Below the pieces are notes generated by a model. That model was not told the origin of the DNA. It did no database searches and saw nothing but the letters and a program-made list of their open reading frames with translations. The translations under genes and the position numbers were made by a program. A stretch of DNA of 64,000 nt from an uncultured Acidobacteriota bacterium (GTDB lineage: Bacteria > Acidobacteriota > Thermoanaerobaculia > Multivoradales > JAHEKO01): the NCBI GenBank assembly GCA_963713825.1, contig CAVQNG010000003.1:1216001-1280000 (forward strand), written 5' to 3'. This document shows, in pieces, positions 37,371 to 46,373 of this stretch. Every line of letters starts with the position of its first letter. The stretch's first letter is position 1.

Positions 37371-39536
37371 ATGCACAGCAAATACCAATGTGTGGCCCTG
37401 CTCGCCGTGATGGCCGTGGTAGCTGCCGTCGTGAGCTGCGGGGAGAGATCGACAGAGATGACCGATTCGACAGCAACAGCAGGTACGGACAGTGTCTTGT
37501 TGGCGGAGTGGGTGGGACCCTATGGAGGGGTTCCCGCCTTCGATCAGGTGGACCTGGCCGACATGAAGCCAGCCCTCGAGGCCGGCATGGCGATGCATCT
37601 CGAAGAGATCGACGCCATCGCCAACAACCCCGAGCCGCCGACGTTCGAGAACACGATTGTCGCGTTGGAGGATGCAGGGCGTGACCTGGACCGGGCTCAG
37701 GTCTACTACCGAATCTGGAGCGGCAACGTCTCGAGCCCGGAGTTCCGGGAGATTCAACAGGAAATGGCCCCGAAGCTGGCGGAGTTTCGCACGAAGATCA
37801 GGCAGAACAAGGCACTCTTCGAACGCATCAAGTCCGTCTACGAGGGCGAGGAGATGGAATCTCTACGGCCCGATCAACAGCGCCTCGTGTGGCTCGTCTA
37901 CGACGGCTTCGCCCGCAACGGAGCGACGCTCGAAGGTGAGGCCAAGCAGCGCTATGCAGCGATCACTCAGCGCCTCGCGGAGCTGTATACGAAGTTCTCG
38001 AATAACGTCCTCGCCGATGAAGAGGGCTACGTCACCTACCTCACTGAGGACCAGCTGAGTGGACTGCCGGACTCCCTGGTCAAGGCGGCGGCCGCCGCCG
38101 CAACCGAGCGCGGCCATGAGGGCGAGTACGCCATCACCAACACCCGATCCTCCATGGACCCTTTTCTGACCTACTCGAAAGAGCGTGATCTTCGCGAGAA
38201 GATCTGGCGGACCTACTATTCCCGTGGGGACAACGGAGACGAGCACGACAACAATGCCCTGATTCCCGAGATCCTCGCGCTGCGCAACGAGCGCGTACAG
38301 CTCCTCGGCTATGACAACTACGCCCAGTGGCGGCTCGAAGACCGTATGGCCAAGACGCCGGAGGGCGCCTTCGGGCTGATGGAAACGGTCTGGCCCGCGG
38401 CAGTGGCTCGGGCGCAGGAAGAGGTCGCCGACATGCAGGCGATCGCCGATGCCGAGGGAGCCGGCATCCAGATCGAGCCCTGGGACTACCGCTACTATGC
38501 GGAGAAGGTCCGCCAGGCGAAATACGACCTCGACTCGGAGGAGGTCAAACAGTACCTGCAGCTCGAGAACCTCCGCGAAGCCATGTTCTTCATGGCTGGG
38601 GAGGTGTTCAATTTCGCCTTCGAGGCGGTGCCGGAAGGCTCGGTGCCGGTCTTCCAAGAAGACGTGCGTGTGTGGGAGGTCACGGACAGGACCTCGGGTG
38701 ACCATGTCGGACTGTGGTATCTCGATCCCTATGCGCGTACAGGCAAGCGGTCTGGAGCCTGGGCCACGACCTATCGCACCCACGAGAACATCGACGGTGA
38801 GATCACGGTGCTGGGCTCGAACAACTCGAACTTCATCAAGGGCGCGCCTGGAGAGCCGGTGCTGATCTCGTGGGACGATGCCACGACCTTGTTCCACGAG
38901 TTCGGGCACGCATTGCACTATCTATCGTCGACGGTCGACTATCCGACGCTCAACGGCGGCGTCAGGGACTACACTGAGTTTCAGTCCCAGATTCTCGAGC
39001 GCTGGTTGGCGACCGACCCCATCATCGATACCTACTTGATCCATGTCGAGACGGGCGAACCGATGCCCGAGGAGCTTGTGGCGAAGATCAAGAATGCCGC
39101 GAAATTCAATCAGGGTTTCTCGACGACGGAATATCTGGCCTCCGCGATCATGGACATGAAGTACCACACCATGGATCCAACGGGTCTGGATGTGGATGCG
39201 TTCGAAAAGGCGACGCTGGCAGAGATGAACATGCCGGACGAGATCGTCATGCGACACCGTAGCCCGCATTTCGGGCACATCTTCTCGGGCGAAGGCTACT
39301 CGGCCGGCTATTACGGTTACATGTGGGCCGACGTGCTGACGGCCGACGCCGCGGAGGCCTTCCGCGAAGCCCCGGGCGGCTTCTACGACAAGGAGCTCAC
39401 CAAGAAGATGGTCGAGCAGCTCTTCGCGGTGCGGAACTCCGTCGATCCGGCCGAGGCCTACAGGGCTTTTCGTGGGCGCGACGCGGAAGTGGGAGCTCTC
39501 ATGCGGGATCGTGGGTTCCCGGAGCCAGGGAAGTAG
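37371..39536 (+). CDS. dcp: M3 family metallopeptidase (peptidyl-dipeptidase Dcp-like)
   Basis: KRSGAW, FHEFGHALH, EFQSQ, FGHIFSG.GYSAGYYGYMW, FRGRD; lipobox VVSC. Confidence 0.9.
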   Translation: MHSKYQCVALLAVMAVVAAVVSCGERSTEMTDSTATAGTDSVLLAEWVGPYGGVPAFDQVDLADMKPALEAGMAMHLEEIDAIANNPEPPTFENTIVALEDAGRDLDRAQVYYRIWSGNVSSPEFREIQQEMAPKLAEFRTKIRQNKALFERIKSVYEGEEMESLRPDQQRLVWLVYDGFARNGATLEGEAKQRYAAITQRLAELYTKFSNNVLADEEGYVTYLTEDQLSGLPDSLVKAAAAAATERGHEGEYAITNTRSSMDPFLTYSKERDLREKIWRTYYSRGDNGDEHDNNALIPEILALRNERVQLLGYDNYAQWRLEDRMAKTPEGAFGLMETVWPAAVARAQEEVADMQAIADAEGAGIQIEPWDYRYYAEKVRQAKYDLDSEEVKQYLQLENLREAMFFMAGEVFNFAFEAVPEGSVPVFQEDVRVWEVTDRTSGDHVGLWYLDPYARTGKRSGAWATTYRTHENIDGEITVLGSNNSNFIKGAPGEPVLISWDDATTLFHEFGHALHYLSSTVDYPTLNGGVRDYTEFQSQILERWLATDPIIDTYLIHVETGEPMPEELVAKIKNAAKFNQGFSTTEYLASAIMDMKYHTMDPTGLDVDAFEKATLAEMNMPDEIVMRHRSPHFGHIFSGEGYSAGYYGYMWADVLTADAAEAFREAPGGFYDKELTKKMVEQLFAVRNSVDPAEAYRAFRGRDAEVGALMRDRGFPEPGK

Positions 39537-39630
39537 AGCCAGGAGTGGTGAGGTAGGCAGCCAGGTCCGTGTGAACCACTCCACTTTGGCAGGAGCTGTC
39601 GAGCGCTAACCTGCTGGTTGGGGTTAGCGC

Positions 39631-41085
39631 ATGAAGTCCGTCGGTTTCGCAGCACGTCTCGGTCTCTTGCTGGGCCTGCTCGGCAGCTTGGCTGCCGGCG
39701 CTAGATCCGCCGAGCTCATCTTCGAAGACAATCTCGGCACGGGTGATCTGTGGTCCTGGAACCTCTTCGTAGGTGGATCCCCAGCGGTGGGCGACTGTCC
39801 GAGCTCGTACGCTTTCCAAGGCTCCGTTTTCTATGTCGATCCGGTGGCCGGCGACGACGTGACGGGCGACGGCAGCGCTCCGAACCCCTGGGCTTCGATT
39901 CAGCACGTCGTGAGCTCGGAGGTCGACTGCAACGACAAGGACGGCAACCCGCGCAATCCCGGAGCACCCGTCAAGGGCGGTGACTCCATTGTGCTGATTG
40001 GAGCGACCGGCCACGACCCGAACCTCGAGATCACCGGTTGCTACAACTCAGCCTGGGTGACCATTCGGGCACAGACGCAGCACGAGCCCGAGCTCACCTC
40101 GGTTCACTTTCGGGGTAGCGGATACTGGCGTTTGGATGGACTGAGCTTCCTCAACGATGGGACCGGCATCATGGTCAGGGTCGACGATCATGGTACCCAG
40201 GGCCCGGCCCGTAACCTGCAGATCGTCAACAGTCACTTCACGTCGGGAGACCTTCCGACGATTCCAGATTGGTTCGATCATGTCTCCGACGGGATGCGCC
40301 TCTACAGCGATGAGGGACCCATCGTGGCACGCTGTAACGAGATGAGCCAGGTAGCGATGGGCTTCGTCGCAGGAGGAAGCCAGATCGACATCATCAACAA
40401 CACGGTCGAGTACTTCTCCCGTGATGGAATCGCCACAGGTGGCCATCGCAACCGCTTCATCGGCAACCGTATCTTCGACGCGGTGTCTCTCGGAGATGGC
40501 CATCACGACGACTTTTTCCAGAGTCACATGGGGGCCAATCCGGATGTCTCCTCGGATGTCGAGATCACGGGCAACGTCTTCATGAACCGCTACACCGGCG
40601 GACAGCCAGCCGGTACCTGGGGTCCTACCCAGTGCCTGAGCGGATTCGAAGACGGGCCCAAGGAGCGGCTACGGATCACCAACAATCTCTGCAAGGCAGA
40701 TCACTGGCACGGCATCACCTGGTACGACACCAACAACTCGGTCGTCGTCAATAACACCGTGGTCGGTGGATCGGACTTCCCAGGACTACCTGCCGGCTCC
40801 GATTCCTGGCCAACCCGAACCTGGATCAGCATCGAGGGCACCGGCAACGTGGTCCGCAACAACATCACAACCCGCAACCTCTCCGGCGGCGACCACAACC
40901 ATGAGATTCCCCCCGAATCGATCGATGACTACTTCATGAACTGGCTGGGGCTCGATCTCAGCCTGGCTGCTGGTTCGCCGGCCATCGATACGGGTAACCC
41001 CGATGGCGCCACCACCCACGACATCCTCGGCCTGCCGCGGGACGAGCAGCCCGATGTCGGGGCCTTCGAGTACGGCAACGAGTAG
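39631..41085 (+). CDS. secreted right-handed parallel beta-helix protein with choice-of-anchor-Q-like tail
   Basis: YVDP..GDD..GDGS...PW start, Asn-rich repeats, HDDFFQ, SPAIDTG...PDVGAFEY. Confidence 0.85.
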   Translation: MKSVGFAARLGLLLGLLGSLAAGARSAELIFEDNLGTGDLWSWNLFVGGSPAVGDCPSSYAFQGSVFYVDPVAGDDVTGDGSAPNPWASIQHVVSSEVDCNDKDGNPRNPGAPVKGGDSIVLIGATGHDPNLEITGCYNSAWVTIRAQTQHEPELTSVHFRGSGYWRLDGLSFLNDGTGIMVRVDDHGTQGPARNLQIVNSHFTSGDLPTIPDWFDHVSDGMRLYSDEGPIVARCNEMSQVAMGFVAGGSQIDIINNTVEYFSRDGIATGGHRNRFIGNRIFDAVSLGDGHHDDFFQSHMGANPDVSSDVEITGNVFMNRYTGGQPAGTWGPTQCLSGFEDGPKERLRITNNLCKADHWHGITWYDTNNSVVVNNTVVGGSDFPGLPAGSDSWPTRTWISIEGTGNVVRNNITTRNLSGGDHNHEIPPESIDDYFMNWLGLDLSLAAGSPAIDTGNPDGATTHDILGLPRDEQPDVGAFEYGNE

Positions 41086-41193
41086 AGCGACTCCCTGATT
41101 CCAACAGCTACTCTCTGAGACCTCCGGGGATACGGTGTCGGAAGGTCTGGAATCGGATATCGTGGGGCCCCTGGTTGCCGAGAGGAGGTTCGG

Positions 41194-42762
41194 ATGCGAG
41201 AGCGAGACAACTGCGTGTGGTGGGCGAGGCCGCTGATTCTTCTGTTGCTCTGTGTCGGATGGGTGTCGTCCGTTGCCGGACAAGAGGAAGAGCCCGAACC
41301 CGAGAAACCCTCAGTCGAGATCGAGGAACAGTCGTCGAGCACCCAGGGTCGGGTGTCGATCGCCGGCCAGCCGGTCGAGTACACGGTCACCGTTGGGGAC
41401 ATCATTCTCCGCGACGATGAAGGTGATCCCAGGGCAAAAATGACCTTTGTCTCCTACCTGCGCGACGACGTCGAGGATCGGCGGAACCGGCCCGTGACGT
41501 TCGCTTTCAACGGGGGGCCGGGGTCGGCTTCGGTCTGGGTGCATCTGGGCGCTTTTGGGCCGAAGAAGGCACTGCTCGATGACGAGGGAATGCCGCTCGG
41601 CCCGCCGCCCGGCAAGCTGGTCGACAACGAGCACTCCGTCCTGGACATCACCGACCTGGTCTTCATCGACCCTGTCGAGACCGGTTGGAGTCGGCCGGCA
41701 CCGGGTGAAGATGGCGAACAGTTCATCGGCTTCACCAAGGACGTGGAGTCGGTCGGCGAGTTCATCCGCATCTGGCTGGCACGCAACGATCGGTGGGCCT
41801 CGCCGAAGTTCATCGCCGGAGAGAGCTATGGCACGACCCGGTCAGCCGGGCTCGCGGAGTACCTCCAGGACACCCACGGCATGTTTCTCAACGGGATATG
41901 CCTGATTTCTTCGGTCATCAACTGGGGCACCAAGGTCTTCAATGTAGGCAACGATCTGCCCTACGCACTGATTTTGCCGACCTACACCGCCACAGCCTGG
42001 CGGCACGGCAAGCTACCCGAGCACCTCACCGGCGACCTCGAAGCCGCGCTGGCGCAGTCGGAGGCCTTCGCACTGGGTGACTACACCTCGGCCCTGATGT
42101 TGGGAGATCAGCTGCAGGGAGCCGAGCGCCAGAGAATCCGCGCTCAGCTGGCCGAGCTCTCGGGGCTTTCGGAGGACTACCTCGAGCGCGCCGATCTGCG
42201 GGTCGACATCTATCACTTCGTCAAGGAGTTGCTGCGTGACCAGGGGTTGACGGTCGGGCGACTCGACAGTCGCTACACCGGCAGTGATCGCGATGATGTG
42301 GGCGAGCACTTCGAATACGACCCATCGAGTGCTGTCGTCACAGGCTGGTACGTCTCGCTGCTGAAGGACTACCTACGTCACGAGCTGGGCTACGAGAACG
42401 ACATGGTGTTCCGCCATTCTGCAGGCCGCGAGGTGCGGCCGTGGAACTATCACGAGGATCGGTCGCGGCAGAGTTATGGCAGTAACGCCTATGCCAACTA
42501 TGCTGAGCACCTTCGCGCCGCGATGCACAAGAATCCGTACCTGAAGGTGCTGGTCATGAGCGGCTACTACGATCTCGCGACACCCTACTTCGCGACAGAC
42601 TACACCGTCGACCATATGCAGCTCGACTCCGAAGTGCGAGACAACATCCAGGTGGCCTACTACAAGGCTGGGCACATGATGTATGTGCGGGCCGAGGACC
42701 TCGCCAAGTTCCGACAGGACTATCTGGACTTCGTGCGAAGTGCTTTGAGCGTCTCTGATTGA
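41194..42762 (+). CDS. S10 family serine carboxypeptidase
   Basis: FNGGPGSAS, FIDPVETG, GESYG, GYYDLATP, GHMMY; GGAGG RBS. Confidence 0.95.
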   Translation: MRERDNCVWWARPLILLLLCVGWVSSVAGQEEEPEPEKPSVEIEEQSSSTQGRVSIAGQPVEYTVTVGDIILRDDEGDPRAKMTFVSYLRDDVEDRRNRPVTFAFNGGPGSASVWVHLGAFGPKKALLDDEGMPLGPPPGKLVDNEHSVLDITDLVFIDPVETGWSRPAPGEDGEQFIGFTKDVESVGEFIRIWLARNDRWASPKFIAGESYGTTRSAGLAEYLQDTHGMFLNGICLISSVINWGTKVFNVGNDLPYALILPTYTATAWRHGKLPEHLTGDLEAALAQSEAFALGDYTSALMLGDQLQGAERQRIRAQLAELSGLSEDYLERADLRVDIYHFVKELLRDQGLTVGRLDSRYTGSDRDDVGEHFEYDPSSAVVTGWYVSLLKDYLRHELGYENDMVFRHSAGREVRPWNYHEDRSRQSYGSNAYANYAEHLRAAMHKNPYLKVLVMSGYYDLATPYFATDYTVDHMQLDSEVRDNIQVAYYKAGHMMYVRAEDLAKFRQDYLDFVRSALSVSD

Positions 42763-42784
42763 GGTTCTAGAGAGAATCTCCTAG

Positions 42785-43978
42785 ATGGCCTTCGGAATCA
42801 CACGGGAAAAGCCCGCCAGGAGCGGCCAAACGGAGAGGCGGATCGTCAAGGCCGTCACGACGGAGACCGTAGTCGCGCTGGTCGTCGTCGGTGTGCTGTT
42901 GGCGCTTTTCGCGTGGAAGATGGGCCTGGCTTTCATGTTCAAGACCATGATGGCGACCGCCCATGACCTGATCCTCAACACGGTCCTCTTCCTCATGGCG
43001 GTCATCATCCTCGCCGGAGCCTTCACCTCGTTCATTTCGGAGTTCGGCATCGTCAGCATCGCCAATCGGCTGCTCTCCCCCTTGATGAGACCGCTCTTCG
43101 GGCTGCCAGGCGCGACGTCGATCGGAGTGGTCGCGACCTACTTGTCGGACAACCCGGCGATCATGCCGTTGACTTCGGACAAGGGCTTCCTGAAGTACTT
43201 CAAGAAGTGGCAGGTGACGACCCTGATCAACCTCGGCACTGTCTTCGGAATGGGTCTCATTGTCACCACGTTCATGCTGGCGCAGTCGTCTGCTGATCAG
43301 CCGCTCGGAAGAGCTGTTCTGCTCGGCAATCTCGGGGCGATTCTCGGCGGCATCGTCAGCGTCAGGCTCATGGGCCATTTCGGCAAGAAGAAATATGGTG
43401 CGGACGAAGACGTCCTCACGGAGGAGGAAGAGGGCTACGACATCCTGCGCTACCGACAGGTGAGGCAGGGCAACGTCGCCCAGCGGGCCCTACAGTCGCT
43501 CTTGGACGGCGGCGCCCATGGCGTGCAGACGGGCCTCGACATCATGCCCGGGATTGTCATCATCTGCACCTTTGTGATGATGCTGGCTTACGGTGCGACG
43601 GACGGCGTCTATACAGGCGCCGCCTACGAAGGAGTTGCCTTTTTCCCATGGCTCGGGGACAAGTTCTCGTTTCTCATCGAGCCGCTGTTCGGATTTTCGA
43701 ACCCCCAAGCCATCGCATTCCCGGTCACTTCCCTGGGTTCGGTAGGGGCCGCCTTGGCGACAGTGCCGAAGTTCCTCGAGAGCGGGATCGTGGGGGCCAA
43801 GGAGATCTGCGTCTTCACGGCGATTGGTATCTGTATGGCCGGCTTCCTGAGCACCCATGTGGGCATGATGGATGGCATCAAAGAGCGCGCCTTGACCAAC
43901 GTGGCCATCGTGACCCACTTGATTGGCAGCCTCAGTGCCGGCGTCTTTGGCCATGCCCTGTTTCTATTGTTCGGTTGA
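42785..43978 (+). CDS. CD0519/CD1768-like membrane protein (GATE/nucleoside-recognition-type transporter)
   Basis: MMATAHDL, LSPLMRPLFGLPG, TYLSDNPAI, GFLSTH; multi-TM. Confidence 0.7.
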   Translation: MAFGITREKPARSGQTERRIVKAVTTETVVALVVVGVLLALFAWKMGLAFMFKTMMATAHDLILNTVLFLMAVIILAGAFTSFISEFGIVSIANRLLSPLMRPLFGLPGATSIGVVATYLSDNPAIMPLTSDKGFLKYFKKWQVTTLINLGTVFGMGLIVTTFMLAQSSADQPLGRAVLLGNLGAILGGIVSVRLMGHFGKKKYGADEDVLTEEEEGYDILRYRQVRQGNVAQRALQSLLDGGAHGVQTGLDIMPGIVIICTFVMMLAYGATDGVYTGAAYEGVAFFPWLGDKFSFLIEPLFGFSNPQAIAFPVTSLGSVGAALATVPKFLESGIVGAKEICVFTAIGICMAGFLSTHVGMMDGIKERALTNVAIVTHLIGSLSAGVFGHALFLLFG

Positions 43979-43995
43979 TTTCGGAGGGACCTCGC

Positions 43996-46290
43996 ATGAC
44001 CCCCAAGACGATCATCCCCGTTTCGTCCCGACTGTTGCTGGTTTGCCTGGCCCTGCTGCTTGCTCCGACGAGCTCTGGAGCGGAAGAGCCGGCCTTTCGA
44101 GAGTCGACCGGCATCGACGAGAAGCTGCAGCGAATCTTCACGGACGAGGAGTTCGAGCCGGAGGAATTCGGTCCGGCCCGATGGCAGGACGAGGGCCTCT
44201 ACTACACGACGCTCGAGCCTGCGGATTCCGTCAAGGACTCGAAGGACGAGGAAGCCAAGGACATCGTGCGGTATGAGACCGCGACCGGGCTCCGCGAGGT
44301 GGTCATCGATGCCGGCCAGCTCATTCCCGAGGGTAGAAGCCGCGCTCTCGAGATCGACGACTACGCCTGGTCTGAAGACAAGAAACGGCTTCTTGTCTTC
44401 ACCAACACCGAACGGGTTTGGCGCCGCAATACCCGGGGAGACTACTGGGTCATGGATCTTGCGACGGGCGGCCTGCAGAAGCTTGGCGGCGACGCTGAGC
44501 CTTCGACGCTGATGTTCGCCAAGTTCTCCCCAGACGGAGCGCGGGTGGCCTATGTGCGTGAAAACAACCTTTACGTCGAGGTGATCGAGACCGGTGAGAT
44601 CACGCCGCTGACAAGCGACGGGTCGGAGACGATCATCAACGGCACCTCGGACTGGGTCTACGAAGAAGAGCTCGGCATTCGAGACGGCTACCGCTGGAGC
44701 CCGGACGGCCAGCACATCGCCTTTTGGAACTTCGACTCGAGCGGCGTCGACAAGTTCGCTCTGATCAACAACACAGACACGCTTTATCCACAGCTCACCT
44801 GGATTCCCTATCCCAAAGCCGGGACGACAAACTCGGCGGCGCGGGTAGGGGTGGTCGATTCGAACGGTGGAGAGATCCGCTGGATGGACGTTCCCGGTGA
44901 TCCTCGGAACACCTACATCGCGCGCCTGGACTGGGGTGAGGATTCCGAGACGCTCCTCCTGCAGCACCTCAATCGGCTGCAGAACACGAATGATGTTCTG
45001 CTCGCAGAGGCTGATACCGGCAAAGTCCGGCGGGTCCATCAGGATCGCTCCGAGACGTGGGTCGATGTCATGGAGGAGCTCGAATGGCTCGATGGGTCCG
45101 AAGAGTTCCTTTGGCTGAGTGAGAAGGATGGTTGGCGGCACGCCTACCGGGTCCGTCGAGATGGCTCGGGCGAGCAGCTCATCACTCGATTCGAAGCCGA
45201 CGTGATCAGCCTGGCGGGAGCGGGCACCGGGTCGGGATGGCTCTACTTCATCGCCTCACCGGACAATGCAACACAGAGGTATCTCTATCGGGCCAGGATC
45301 GATGGTTCGGCAAGCCCTGAGCGAGTGACACCGATCGACCAGCCAGGCACTCACAGCTACGATGTCTCACCCGACGGCGCCTACGCTTTTCATACCTATT
45401 CCCGCTTCGATGTCCCACCCGTGATCGACCTTGTGCGCCTTCCGGGGCATGAGACCGTGCGCGTTCTGGAAGACAACGCCGAGTTGGCAAGCCGACTTGG
45501 CGATATCGCCGCGCCACCGGTGGAGTTCTTCCAGACCGAGGTCGAGGCAGGCGTGACGCTCGACTCCTGGATGCTGAAGCCGCGCGATTTCGATCCGAGT
45601 CGGAGCTACCCACTGCTCGTTTACGTCTATGGAGAGCCGGCGGGAACCACCGTGGTGGATCGCTGGGGAGGCAACCGGATGCTGTTTCATCGGGCCGTGG
45701 CCGACGCCGGCTTCGTGGTGGTCAGTTTCGACAACCGCGGTACGCCAGCGCCCAAAGGCGCAGCTTGGAGAAAAGTCGTCTACGGCACCGTTGGCGAGCA
45801 CTCTTCCAGAGACCAGGCGGCCGCCGTCAGGGCCTTTACCGGAAAGCACTCCTTTGTCGATCCCGAGCGCGTCGCTGTCTGGGGGTGGAGTGGCGGTGGC
45901 TCGAACACCCTCAATTGCATGTTCCGCTATCCGGAGGTTTTCAAGGTCGGTGTCTCGGTGGCGCCGGTGCCCGATCAGAAGCTCTACGACACCATCTACC
46001 AGGAACGCTACATGGGCCTGCCGGAAGACAATCCGCAAGGGTATGAGATCGGCTCTCCCATTCATTTTGCTGCGGGACTGGAAGGTCGTCTTCTTCTCGT
46101 TCACGGCACCGCCGACGACAATGTGCACTACCAGGGTACCGAGCGCCTGGTGAATCGCCTCATCGAGCTCGGAAAACCGTTCGACATGATGGTCTATCCG
46201 AATCGGACCCACGCCATCAAAGAGGGCGATGGGACCTCGTTCCACATCCACAGCCTGATCGCGCGCTATCTGATCGAGGCCCGCTGGTGA
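43996..46290 (+). CDS. S9B dipeptidyl peptidase IV
   Basis: DWVYEEE, YPKAG, VYGEP, GWSGGG, YQERYMG, HGTADDNVH, RTH; GGAGG RBS. Confidence 0.95.
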   Translation: MTPKTIIPVSSRLLLVCLALLLAPTSSGAEEPAFRESTGIDEKLQRIFTDEEFEPEEFGPARWQDEGLYYTTLEPADSVKDSKDEEAKDIVRYETATGLREVVIDAGQLIPEGRSRALEIDDYAWSEDKKRLLVFTNTERVWRRNTRGDYWVMDLATGGLQKLGGDAEPSTLMFAKFSPDGARVAYVRENNLYVEVIETGEITPLTSDGSETIINGTSDWVYEEELGIRDGYRWSPDGQHIAFWNFDSSGVDKFALINNTDTLYPQLTWIPYPKAGTTNSAARVGVVDSNGGEIRWMDVPGDPRNTYIARLDWGEDSETLLLQHLNRLQNTNDVLLAEADTGKVRRVHQDRSETWVDVMEELEWLDGSEEFLWLSEKDGWRHAYRVRRDGSGEQLITRFEADVISLAGAGTGSGWLYFIASPDNATQRYLYRARIDGSASPERVTPIDQPGTHSYDVSPDGAYAFHTYSRFDVPPVIDLVRLPGHETVRVLEDNAELASRLGDIAAPPVEFFQTEVEAGVTLDSWMLKPRDFDPSRSYPLLVYVYGEPAGTTVVDRWGGNRMLFHRAVADAGFVVVSFDNRGTPAPKGAAWRKVVYGTVGEHSSRDQAAAVRAFTGKHSFVDPERVAVWGWSGGGSNTLNCMFRYPEVFKVGVSVAPVPDQKLYDTIYQERYMGLPEDNPQGYEIGSPIHFAAGLEGRLLLVHGTADDNVHYQGTERLVNRLIELGKPFDMMVYPNRTHAIKEGDGTSFHIHSLIARYLIEARW

Positions 46291-46373
46291 TGCCTGTCTG
46301 GGCCTGAGTCGACTTCGGAACTTGGATCAGGCCGAGCGCCATTCGTGTGTCGGCCTGAAGGTAGAATCAGACC

